Shown here: positions 54,963 through 63,570 of the stretch, piece after piece
Position numbering within the stretch: the first letter of the stretch is position 1
How the letters are laid out: each line of letters starts with the position of its first letter
IMG/VR virus record: IMGVR_UViG_3300025483_000873
Source of the DNA: a virus
DNA: 64,000 nucleotides
Direction: 5' to 3' (one strand)
Translations under genes and position numbers: made by a program
The notes under the pieces: model-generated
Databases searched by the model: none
What the model was told of the DNA's origin: nothing
The model's input: the letters and a program-made list of their open reading frames with translations, nothing else

Positions 54963-55040
54963 GTCAGTCAGCAAACTGTCACAGCACTCTTGACGGGGTG
55001 CTTTTTTTGTGTCATACTGTATTCATATCAGACGTACAGC
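54959..55040 (+). repeat. early promoter/stem-loop element (PeSL-like), copy 1, including terminator and sigma70 promoter
   Basis: ...AAACTGTCAC; AGCAC/GTGCT hairpin + T run; TTGACG-17 bp-CATACT (54990-55018). Confidence 0.7.
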
Positions 55041-56291
55041 ATGCAACTCCGTCCCCATCAGACCCGCGCTCTCGCTGCTATGCAGCGTAACAAGTTCGGG
55101 CAGATCATTGTCCCCACTGGCGGTGGTAAGACCATGATCATGATCAAAGACCTTGCGGATCGCTTTGCTAATGCAGAGCGTCCTATGACTATTGCTGTTG
55201 TTGCTCCGCGTATTCTCCTCGCTACACAACTGTGTGAGGAGTTTTTTGCTGATGCTGGTATCAATCGCCCTGATGTAGTTCCTGCTCACATTCATAGTGG
55301 CGAGACAGTACACTTTCATACTACCAAGGTAGATCGTATCGGTCTCTTCAATGATATGTGTGATGCTATGCAAGCACATCGTATCTTCTTCACCACATAC
55401 AACTCCTTGCGTCGTCTTAATGAGGCTGGTATTGAGTTTGATGTAGCATACTTTGATGAAGCACACAATGCTACCAAGAAGAACTTCTTCGAGGAAGTAG
55501 GTAACTGCAACGCCAAGCGTTATTACTATTTCACTGCAACACCAAAGCATACACGTTCTCCATATGCTAATGGTATGAACAACTATGTGGTGTTCGGTGA
55601 CATCATTGAACAGTGTCCTGCTCCTGAACTGATTAACAACGGTTCTATTCTTCCTCCTACTGTTGATGCCTATGAGGTTGACTTCGAGCGTCAGAAGGGC
55701 GTACAAGCGTGTGAGGGCGACCGTGAGACCCTGGTGGGTATACTTGATAAACTGAACGATACAACAGCACACAAGATCCTTGTGGCAGCACCTAACAGTC
55801 GTATCATGTATAATCTTCTCACCAAGACTGATATCATCGATCAGTGTAAGGATCGTGGGTTTGAAGTGATGCATATCACCAGCAAGTATGGTGCTTATGT
55901 CAACACACTCAAGGTCAATCGTGAGCAGTTCTTTCACCAGTTTGACCAGTGGGGTCGTGACCCTAACAAAAAGTTCATCATCTTCCACTATTCTATTCTG
56001 TCTGAAGGTATCAACGTTCACGGTCTCACCCAGACTATCTTCCTTCGCAATCTGAATGTGATTGAGATGGCACAGACTATTGGTCGTGTCATCCGTGTTA
56101 ATCGTGATGATGCTGCTGATATGGAAACCGGCAAACTTACTCCTGGTGCGTGTCAGATGTATCGTAAGACTACAGGATTCGTAACTGTACCTGTGTTCAA
56201 AAACTACGGTGTAAATACTATTAAGCGGTTGCAGAATTTGGTGGATACTATTTTCGTCAAAGGATTGCCTGCTATTCACGTTACTGATTGA
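55041..56291 (+). CDS. superfamily 2 (DEAD/DEAH, restriction-type ResIII-like) helicase
   Basis: MQLRPHQ, VPTGGGKT, FDEAH, FTATP, ILSEGINV, QTIGRVIR. Confidence 0.92.
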   Translation: MQLRPHQTRALAAMQRNKFGQIIVPTGGGKTMIMIKDLADRFANAERPMTIAVVAPRILLATQLCEEFFADAGINRPDVVPAHIHSGETVHFHTTKVDRIGLFNDMCDAMQAHRIFFTTYNSLRRLNEAGIEFDVAYFDEAHNATKKNFFEEVGNCNAKRYYYFTATPKHTRSPYANGMNNYVVFGDIIEQCPAPELINNGSILPPTVDAYEVDFERQKGVQACEGDRETLVGILDKLNDTTAHKILVAAPNSRIMYNLLTKTDIIDQCKDRGFEVMHITSKYGAYVNTLKVNREQFFHQFDQWGRDPNKKFIIFHYSILSEGINVHGLTQTIFLRNLNVIEMAQTIGRVIRVNRDDAADMETGKLTPGACQMYRKTTGFVTVPVFKNYGVNTIKRLQNLVDTIFVKGLPAIHVTD

Positions 56292-56295
56292 TATA

Positions 56296-56472
56296 ATGTA
56301 TGAATCACTAAATTGTTTTGAGGAAGCACTCAAACACTTTGGAACAAGAGTAGAGATGATCACTGCCATGGAGATGGCAAAGAAGATATCACCTGAAGAT
56401 GCCTATCAGCTGATTAAGGATGAACTCAAAGCAGTTAAACTATGTCGTAAACAATTCAAAAAGGATAGTTGA
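56296..56472 (+). CDS. small hypothetical protein
   Basis: MYESLNCFEEALKHFGTRVEMI...; manual translation. Confidence 0.65.
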   Translation: MYESLNCFEEALKHFGTRVEMITAMEMAKKISPEDAYQLIKDELKAVKLCRKQFKKDS

Positions 56473-56475
56473 ATC

Positions 56476-56706
56476 ATGTCACAACCACGTCAACGCGACC
56501 CACAAGATCCACTCTATGATGCTAATGATAAGTGGAATGAATACAAGGTAGACTTCCATGCTAATGAAGAACACTCATCTGATGAGTGGGATCCAAAGAC
56601 AGAAGGTAAGATTGCTGACCCACAGAACAGACATCAAGATAAAGTTCTAGATAAATTCTGTGATGACCACCCTGGTTCACCTATGTGTAAGGTATTCGAT
56701 GAGTAA
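56476..56706 (+). CDS. cp12: CP12-like protein (C-terminal Cys pair only)
   Basis: Ends FCDDHPGSPMCKVFDE, matching the CP12 C-x2-P-x4-C-x2-Y/FD terminal motif. Confidence 0.6.
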   Translation: MSQPRQRDPQDPLYDANDKWNEYKVDFHANEEHSSDEWDPKTEGKIADPQNRHQDKVLDKFCDDHPGSPMCKVFDE

Positions 56707-56914
56707 AAAACAGAAACGAAACGATGCTCTTGGGTTATTCTACGAGAGTGTACTTAAAGCAGATCACAATCTACGTGACTGTGCTCATAATCAGGAATGT
56801 TATCACGAACTGATGGAGTGGAGAGATGAGGTTTTAGAATACTTAAACCTCCGACGCAAAGAAGAGTTCAATCAAAACATATCAAAACCCACACCCTGGA
56901 GAGCAAGTGACTGA
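56699..56914 (+). CDS. hypothetical protein
   Basis: LFYESVLKADHNLRDCAHNQEC. Confidence 0.65.
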   Translation: MSKKQKRNDALGLFYESVLKADHNLRDCAHNQECYHELMEWRDEVLEYLNLRRKEEFNQNISKPTPWRASD

Positions 56915-57155
56915 AGAAGTAACAGAGGTTATTGTACCTAAAGGTGCAGAACTCATCGATGAATGTTTCTACGTCTGGGAAACCAGGTATGGATTATATT
57001 CTACGATGACAAAGGAAGGTCGTCAGATGATGACTGGTGCTACTAAAGATGCTGTCACTGTTATGACACGCTGGCATCTTAAGTGTGAGCAAGAGGGTAC
57101 ATTACATTTGTATACGAGAGTGGTTGGAAGTGCCATCGTCAGTGGTAAACTGTAG
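56907..57155 (+). CDS. hypothetical protein
   Basis: 82-aa ORF, GTG start. Confidence 0.65.
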   Translation: MTEEVTEVIVPKGAELIDECFYVWETRYGLYSTMTKEGRQMMTGATKDAVTVMTRWHLKCEQEGTLHLYTRVVGSAIVSGKL

Positions 57156-57175
57156 AGTATGTGAGCACATGTGAT

Positions 57176-57688
57176 ATGAACATCTTTGTCACCAATGAAT
57201 ATCCAGCCGAGAGTGCCGTATGTTTACCTGACAAGCACATTGTCAAGATGCCGTTAGAATGCTGTCAAATGCTTGCTATCGTAGCATCAGACAAGTGGGG
57301 TCAGGGTTATGGTACTCTACCCAAGGCAGATGGCACACCATACAAAACAGAGAAGGGAGCATTCAGGAATCATCCTTGTACTATATGGGCAAGGGAAACT
57401 ATCGACAATGCGTGGTGGTTAATCAAGCATGGTATGAATCTATGTGATGAGTACACATTACGATACGATAAGCAACATTCGTGCTATAATACTTTAGTTC
57501 ATGCATATTATCTCTTTCCGAAGGGCAGTGTGAATAGTGTCACTCCATTCGTCAGAGCAATGCCTGACGAGTTCAAGTTTGACGATAGTATAGATACATT
57601 TACAGCATACAAAATGTATATTGCATCTAAACCGTGGGTAAAAGATAACTACCTACGTATGCCACAACGTAAACCACACTGGATCTAA
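57176..57688 (+). CDS. pyrimidine-dimer DNA glycosylase (DenV-like family) protein
   Basis: MNIF.......SA..L.DKH.VKM.LE..QML...HPCT.W...Y..RY.K.H. Confidence 0.75.
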   Translation: MNIFVTNEYPAESAVCLPDKHIVKMPLECCQMLAIVASDKWGQGYGTLPKADGTPYKTEKGAFRNHPCTIWARETIDNAWWLIKHGMNLCDEYTLRYDKQHSCYNTLVHAYYLFPKGSVNSVTPFVRAMPDEFKFDDSIDTFTAYKMYIASKPWVKDNYLRMPQRKPHWI

Positions 57689-57689
57689 T

Positions 57690-57875
57690 ATGAAAGATGC
57701 TATTACAGACTTCTGGACTACTCCTGATAAACAAAGATACATTGTTCCTGTCGATGATGAGGGTATACTTACATTCCCCGATGAATTGATGGATGCATTG
57801 GATTGGCATGCCGGAGATATGTTGGAATGGATTGACAATAACGACGGATCATTTTCATTAAAGAAACAAAACTAA
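57690..57875 (+). CDS. AbrB/MazE-like swapped-hairpin DNA-binding protein
   Basis: VDDEGILTFPDELMDALDWHAGDMLEW...GSFSLKK. Confidence 0.7.
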   Translation: MKDAITDFWTTPDKQRYIVPVDDEGILTFPDELMDALDWHAGDMLEWIDNNDGSFSLKKQN

Positions 57876-58096
57876 TGGCACTATCAAAATCAGTCAACGA
57901 CTCGCTAGAGGATGCAGAAGCAAGTCTACGCAATGCATTAGCATATGCTGCGAGACAAGAGAAACCATTCATTTGTAGCGGTATTGCTGAACTTATGGGT
58001 AAGATTGAGTCAATGAAGACTATGGATAGTTTATTTGACAAGCTGGAGAGTAGACAAGAGGGAGATAGTGGTACTTGGGGACCACTCATTGATTAA
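57875..58096 (+). CDS. hypothetical protein
   Basis: TAATG coupling; 73 aa. Confidence 0.65.
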   Translation: MALSKSVNDSLEDAEASLRNALAYAARQEKPFICSGIAELMGKIESMKTMDSLFDKLESRQEGDSGTWGPLID

Positions 58097-58115
58097 ATAG
58101 TAAATAAAGAATCTA

Positions 58116-58298
58116 ATGGGACTAACCAAACGACAAGCAGTGTGGATTTGTCGGCGCATGATAAAGATCTGGCATAAAGACATGCGCGGAGATATGTCAG
58201 CAAAGCAAGAATACTGGGAGTATTTCCTTGACATTATGGCAGATTCAGGGTATATTGATCGTAATGACCGCGAAACCTGGACATGTCCATTCAAGTAA
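58116..58298 (+). CDS. hypothetical protein
   Basis: 60-aa ORF. Confidence 0.6.
   Translation: MGLTKRQAVWICRRMIKIWHKDMRGDMSAKQEYWEYFLDIMADSGYIDRNDRETWTCPFK
58228..58256 (+). promoter_or_regulatory. sigma70 promoter inside a coding sequence
   Basis: TTGACA-17 bp-TATATT. Confidence 0.65.
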
Positions 58299-59533
58299 CA
58301 CTGACTGATAGTGAGTTGTTCATGCTTACATGCTCACTACAGTATCTCGAACGCACCGCACAAATGCGTATTGAGGAAGAAATGGGTGCAATCGCGCCAC
58401 TATACAATAAACTGGCGTCATTGCGAGAAAATAGGACAGTTGATGATCTGTCCACTCCACGACACGGGGGCGATATGGATGCGCTATGATTACAAAGTAA
58501 TCGAGAGATGCGCCAATGACCACCAAGTTCAAGATCACTATCACGTCTGATAGTGGTAAATTCGTACAAGAGCACATTGTGTCGCGCAACGTAGCAGATA
58601 CAATGTGCTCCTACATCAACAACAATGGTACATTTAACGATGTCAAAACAGTCACAGTTGAACAAAATGTTTGAAGATGCTGACAATGAGGACAGTTTGG
58701 ACGCCGCATTTGTTGCAGCAATCGAAGAACGCGCTAAACTACTGGAGGTTACCGTAGATTATTACATGGAAGAATTCATGTAATACTACATAATCACGTA
58801 GACCTTACTTTTCTACTATGACTGACATAGAAACTTCAATGGTTAATGAGATGAAAGCTCTCATTAAAGATCAAAACGAAATGATTTGTGTCCAAGATGC
58901 TTACATTGAAGAGTTGAAACAGCAAATGTCCGACATGCACGATAGATACTATGACTGCTGATATTATACATGACCTGGAATCACATTTAGATAGTGGTCA
59001 TGTGTGGAAAGTTGAACTCGAACAACAATGGCAAGATGAACAAGCAGAACCACCTAATGGTGTGTATAATGTTGAAACATATCTCATCGCACCTGATAGA
59101 GATCTAGCACAGTACATTGCTCACAAATTGTACCCTGACACTGACTTCCTCATCATTAATGATCAACCAATCACCAGACAAAGTTACACCAAACGATGAA
59201 CCAATGTTACCTGTAGGCACCCAAGTAGAATTTGATGGGATGTTGGGATTTGTAAAATTTGTAGATCCAACGGGCGAATGTATGACTATTTGCACCAAGG
59301 TATTTCCCGATGAACCAGTAAGAAATGTATGTCGGGTGATATACAAGCACCAATTTGACGACGTAAAACTTGTAATCGGAAACAACACACACAACTGATT
59401 TATTATGAACGAAATTAACTTTGACAACTGGGCTGACGATCCTGCAATCCGTGATGCTATCCTACGAGAGGCATCGCAGGAGATCCTATGGGACAGTGAG
59501 GAAACTGTACCACCAGAACTGGACGACTTCTGA
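58283..59533 (+). other. run of tiny early ORFs (58283-58489, 58516-58674, 58640-58783, 58818-58961, 58951-59199, 59204-59398, 59405-59533)
   Basis: Contiguous + strand ORFs of 42-82 aa with little intergenic space. Confidence 0.6.
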
Positions 59534-59548
59534 CTACAGACTATACTG

Positions 59549-59809
59549 ATGCTATCAACACCAGAACAAATGCTGATCGACACTCAACTGCTCTCCGTCA
59601 TCGAGTCCCTTCAGGATGCCCTGCAAGTGGGCGAGAACGCTACTGACAGTGATTCCCCTGTAGACTCTGATGGAAACGCTCTGAAGCACTTTCTAGACGA
59701 CTCTCCTGCTCCTTCATACGCATATGCATATGGATGGACTTCTTCTAGCATCAAATCTGCGGTATTTTCACTCGAAACTATTCGTACTCAACTGACTAAT
59801 GCGACTTGA
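59549..59809 (+). CDS. hypothetical protein
   Basis: 86-aa ORF. Confidence 0.6.
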   Translation: MLSTPEQMLIDTQLLSVIESLQDALQVGENATDSDSPVDSDGNALKHFLDDSPAPSYAYAYGWTSSSIKSAVFSLETIRTQLTNAT

Positions 59810-60011
59810 TAGTAAAGCAAGAGTGTTAGGTAGTGTTGGTGTCATCACTGCGTATTTTTGTGTCTTGCACGTTAATATATTACTTGGGGTGATCATTAAC
59901 CTCATATCTGACACCATCAGTATTCCATACTTCATCCGAACAAAGTCTTGGGATGTAGTCATCGCATTATCATTCCTGTTAGTCATCAGTCTCACCAAAC
60001 TTGCATCATGA
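59799..60011 (+). CDS. small membrane protein
   Basis: Three hydrophobic segments. Confidence 0.65.
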   Translation: MRLDSKARVLGSVGVITAYFCVLHVNILLGVIINLISDTISIPYFIRTKSWDVVIALSFLLVISLTKLAS

Positions 60012-60211
60012 ACACATACACAAAAGAAGAAATCATCAATGCATTAGTTCACGAGTGGGACTATCTTTGTCACGATGATCCTGATCCTGATGATGATACA
60101 CCTGAAGAGTATCGTCTGAAGTTAGAATGTTATTCATTGGAAGATTTGATAGCAGAAACATCAACTGGTGAAGGTTACACACTCGATGAGTTCATGGAGA
60201 ACCACGGGTGA
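60008..60211 (+). CDS. hypothetical protein
   Basis: MNTYTKEEIINALVHEWDYLCHDD; ATGA coupling. Confidence 0.65.
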   Translation: MNTYTKEEIINALVHEWDYLCHDDPDPDDDTPEEYRLKLECYSLEDLIAETSTGEGYTLDEFMENHG

Positions 60212-60292
60212 CAGTTTAAGAACTGTATACCATTCCCCCATGGGGAGTGGTTTTCGTGTATATTAGTAGAGTCAAAGCAATCCGAGCAACCC
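60208..60292 (+). repeat. early promoter/stem-loop element (PeSL-like), copy 2
   Basis: ACAGTT-taag-AACTGT inverted repeat; CCATTCCCC/GGGGAGTGG hairpin; GTGTATATTAGTAGAGTCAAAG. Confidence 0.75.
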
Positions 60293-60475
60293 ATGACTAC
60301 CTTCGACTTTGAAACCGAGTATCACTGGGGTGCTCTCATGGTCAAACTTGTTCCTATGTTTTGCATGGATGTTTACAGAGCATCTGATGATGAGTTGGTA
60401 TGGGTCTATGATGTGAGCAAACCCAAAGATGGTTATCATGTGCCTGCTCGCAATCTTTCCACTTATTCTTATTGA
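60293..60475 (+). CDS. hypothetical protein
   Basis: First ORF after the repeat element. Confidence 0.65.
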   Translation: MTTFDFETEYHWGALMVKLVPMFCMDVYRASDDELVWVYDVSKPKDGYHVPARNLSTYSY

Positions 60476-60477
60476 TT

Positions 60478-61014
60478 ATGACTAGATTCAATGGCGGTAT
60501 TCAAAACGGCACTGTAGCTACTGATGCTCGTGCTCGTAAACTTGATGATCAATGCCAACAACTAAAAAGAGAAATCTTCAAGGAGTTGAAACATGCTTAT
60601 CCTCAACTGAAGATGCAAGCAAAACTGCGTCAGGATCAAATACCTGGTGGGATTGGTGCTTGTGCTCCTGATGGTGGTGCATGGTTCTTCAATGATGTGC
60701 TGATTGCAGTGTTTGAAGGTAAGAAACAGCAGAATCGAGGTAATGCTATCGAGCGTTGGTTTAAGAATAACTTTGTCTGCCGCACTATCAATCCTGATGT
60801 ATCTTATGTGACGTTCTGCACTGGTGAAGGTGCATACGATAACGGACAAATTGGCAAAGCACTTAACATTGCTCACCTGGATGGTTTCGGCCGGTACAAC
60901 CCTGGCAAGAATAGTGCATTTATGAGCATTGATTGCTTTAAGAAAGAATTTCTTCGTTATACTATGATCGAAGTGATTTGTGAACGTATCAACACTATGT
61001 TTCCTGACGGTTGA
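60478..61014 (+). CDS. EcoRI-like PD-(D/E)xK endonuclease
   Basis: APDGG...FEGKKQ...GNAIERWFKN parallels EcoRI PDGG...EAKHQG...GNAIERSHKN. Confidence 0.75.
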   Translation: MTRFNGGIQNGTVATDARARKLDDQCQQLKREIFKELKHAYPQLKMQAKLRQDQIPGGIGACAPDGGAWFFNDVLIAVFEGKKQQNRGNAIERWFKNNFVCRTINPDVSYVTFCTGEGAYDNGQIGKALNIAHLDGFGRYNPGKNSAFMSIDCFKKEFLRYTMIEVICERINTMFPDG

Positions 61015-61039
61015 CAACTAATCAAACTAGTTGTATAAT
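61011..61039 (+). promoter_or_regulatory. consensus sigma70 promoter containing an inverted repeat
   Basis: TTGACA-17 bp-TATAAT; ACAACTA (61014-61020) / TAGTTGT (61028-61034). Confidence 0.85.
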
Positions 61040-61118
61040 TAAAACACGTTGACTATAACACCCCAAGGCATTCGTGTCAGGTCAACGACAAAAAATAAAG
61101 GGGATTTTGGTAAAATCT

Positions 61119-62153
61119 ATGTACGATTCAAGTAAGGACAATCTCATTCCTTTAACTGAGATAGCAGACAATCTTGGTATCAAAGTCAGAAAGCATGACT
61201 TTGATGACTGGATTGAAGAAACTTTAACACCTGATTGTGTTATCGAAGATGGCACAAGGGGTTATCTTTGTGTGTATGGAATCAAAGTCAAATATCTTTA
61301 CTCTGATAGAGAGTATCAGAGATTGATGAATGGATCCATGATTAAGAAAGCAGGAAAGTTTGATGGTAGATTGTGCCGCCCTTTGTTTGTTTTTAGACGA
61401 CCTGATGGTAAATTTGCTGTTGCAGATGGTCAACATACAGGATCCATTGGTTATCTTTACACAAATCAGGGTAGTGAGTTAGTATTACCTTGCCAAGTTA
61501 TTTTTCATCCTGAGGATAGAAATCTAGAAGACTGTGTTGCCTTTGAAGCAAAGTTTTTTGAAGACCTTAACAAGAATCGCACCAACGTTGGTGCTATCGA
61601 AACTTTGCGATCTGGCATTGCTTACGGTAATAAGGAGTCTATGGAAAAGGAGCAGAAACTTGTTACTATGGGAGTGCATATTGAACAGATTGGTGATACT
61701 AGTGGATATGAAGTTTCTGGTCTTACTCGTATTCTTGAGGGATATGATGTTGGTGATAACTCTAAGTATGCAAAGAAGGCAATTGATACTTATGCCGACC
61801 TGATTGAGGATCAAAATTCACCTAACTGGTCAGAATCTCCTCTGTTGGGATCTCTCGTTGCAGGACTTGCGCGGGTTTGGTATCTCAGAGACAACCTGGG
61901 TAAAGGTGACAAAGGTTATGTTGTTCACAAGTATTTGACTGAACGACTGAAGAAAACCTCTCCAAAGATTCTAACAGAGGGTACATCTGGAAACTCGCAA
62001 TCACACTTGATTGCTGTTAGAATCATCACTAAAATCAATACTCTTATTGAAGAAGATGTGTTGACAAAGAGAGATGGAACTCCTCTGAAACATCAAATTT
62101 CTGAGGGAGAACTTAAGGACTCTGATATTACTGACCCAACAAAGACTAAATGA
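61119..62153 (+). CDS. ParB-like / DGQH-motif protein
   Basis: PLFVFRRPDGKFAVADGQHT...EAKFF..LN. Confidence 0.7.
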   Translation: MYDSSKDNLIPLTEIADNLGIKVRKHDFDDWIEETLTPDCVIEDGTRGYLCVYGIKVKYLYSDREYQRLMNGSMIKKAGKFDGRLCRPLFVFRRPDGKFAVADGQHTGSIGYLYTNQGSELVLPCQVIFHPEDRNLEDCVAFEAKFFEDLNKNRTNVGAIETLRSGIAYGNKESMEKEQKLVTMGVHIEQIGDTSGYEVSGLTRILEGYDVGDNSKYAKKAIDTYADLIEDQNSPNWSESPLLGSLVAGLARVWYLRDNLGKGDKGYVVHKYLTERLKKTSPKILTEGTSGNSQSHLIAVRIITKINTLIEEDVLTKRDGTPLKHQISEGELKDSDITDPTKTK

Positions 62154-63004
62154 AACCTCTCTTTATATGGGCAGGTGGTAAAACAAAGGTGCTAAAACAT
62201 TATGCACCTTTTATGCCATCATCCTTTGAAACTTACTACGAACCATTCTTTGGTGGTGGTGCTATGTTTGTCCATGTGATGAACAGATACCGACCAAAGA
62301 ATGCTGTGATCAATGACATCAACCCCAGCGTGATGAACATTTATCGTAGCATTCGTGATGACTACGATGCATTCACCTCACGTCTAGATGCACTTGAAGC
62401 AGTATATCTTCCCAAGACCAAGGAAGATAGGAAGAAGTATTACATGGATGTGAGGCATCAACATGCCTATGATTATGAGAGTTGGGATACAACATATGAG
62501 GCAGCAACATTATACTTCTTGATGAAGACTGGGTTCAATGGTATATGGCAGATCAACAAGAATACCAACGGTAGGTACGGAACTCCTGCTGGATTGCTGA
62601 ACCAGAAGGATAAAGTATATGATCGTGATGTGCTCAACTGGTGGCATAATACTCTTCAAGTTGTTGATATCAAGACTGGTGATTGGAAGACTGTAGTTGA
62701 TACTGATCCTAATGGTTTCTTCTTCTTTGATCCACCCTATCGTGATAGTTTTGCTGATTATGGCAATGCATTTGGTGAGGATGCCCTATTGGACCTGATC
62801 GACTTTGCCGATGCACAAAAAAGAGTTTTTGTTGCCAACCGTGCTGATGATGACTGGTTTGAGGGTAAATCAAAGTCTTTATCAGTTCATTACTTCAACA
62901 TAACATACACTGCGGGTCGTAGAAAGAAAACAGAGGACGGATATGCTGCTAAAAAAGCAAGAGAAATCCTACTACACAAGACAGACCGTGTGACACTAGT
63001 CTAA
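62150..63004 (+). CDS. dam: Dam-family N6-adenine DNA methyltransferase
   Basis: WAGGK, YYEPFFGGGA, INDIN, GFNG, FFDPPY. Confidence 0.93.
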   Translation: MKPLFIWAGGKTKVLKHYAPFMPSSFETYYEPFFGGGAMFVHVMNRYRPKNAVINDINPSVMNIYRSIRDDYDAFTSRLDALEAVYLPKTKEDRKKYYMDVRHQHAYDYESWDTTYEAATLYFLMKTGFNGIWQINKNTNGRYGTPAGLLNQKDKVYDRDVLNWWHNTLQVVDIKTGDWKTVVDTDPNGFFFFDPPYRDSFADYGNAFGEDALLDLIDFADAQKRVFVANRADDDWFEGKSKSLSVHYFNITYTAGRRKKTEDGYAAKKAREILLHKTDRVTLV

Positions 63005-63071
63005 ACTGTCCACTATTGTGGCACAGCACCCCAAAACCGTGTATTATAAGAGAGTCAAAGGAACCACACCA
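62988..63071 (+). repeat. early promoter/stem-loop element (PeSL-like), copy 3
   Basis: GTGTGACAC...AAACTGTCCAC; GTGTATTATAAGAGAGTCAAAG nearly matches copy 2. Confidence 0.75.
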
Positions 63072-63236
63072 ATGCTCGTCTCTGAATACTACAAGGTCAG
63101 TGCTGTCACTCCTGAAGATGGTGAAGTATCTTATGAGACTCTTGATCAGCAGTTCGCACGTAGCCTACATTCTGAATTGCTCTGCCGTCAACTGAATAAG
63201 GACGGTACTCATAGTGTCACAGTCAGTAAGGGCTAA
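63072..63236 (+). CDS. hypothetical protein
   Basis: MLVSEYYKVSAVTPEDGEV... Confidence 0.6.
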   Translation: MLVSEYYKVSAVTPEDGEVSYETLDQQFARSLHSELLCRQLNKDGTHSVTVSKG

Positions 63237-63278
63237 CGCTCTCCATACGCTATACTATATTCATCAGCAAGACACCCC

Positions 63279-63530
63279 ATGACAGTCACCGCAGTCAAGC
63301 ACTCCTTCTACAAGGTTGAGATCGACACCATCGATGCTCCCCAGCAACCGATCATCTATTTCCGCAAGTGTGGCAAGTGTACCACGGCAAAGGGCATGGA
63401 TCGTCAGCACAATCGTATGGTGAGTGAGACTATTGAGCAGTGGCGTCCATTCTCACATCAGATCCGTCGCTACACCATCTCTCGTGTGCCAGCTGACGTA
63501 GTGGTCGGTGGTGAGATCCGCAACGCCTAA
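63279..63530 (+). CDS. hypothetical protein
   Basis: 83 aa; own TATACT element. Confidence 0.7.
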   Translation: MTVTAVKHSFYKVEIDTIDAPQQPIIYFRKCGKCTTAKGMDRQHNRMVSETIEQWRPFSHQIRRYTISRVPADVVVGGEIRNA

Positions 63531-63570
63531 TCTGCCCTATACTAAACACATCAGCAACCAACCCACTCAA

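Noticed and set aside
55023-56369. 448-aa minus-strand ORF
   Set aside because: Exact antisense shadow of the helicase; no motifs or start signals; opposes the uniform + strand polarity of the region.
58683-58705. GGACAGTTTGGAC as a fourth PeSL-like repeat
   Set aside because: Only a 7-nt partial match, inside an ORF, without the hairpin or -10 box.
60478-61014. Claim that the nuclease has true EcoRI (GAATTC) specificity
   Set aside because: GAATTC occurs several times in the window and the neighbouring MTase is Dam-type; motif similarity does not fix specificity.
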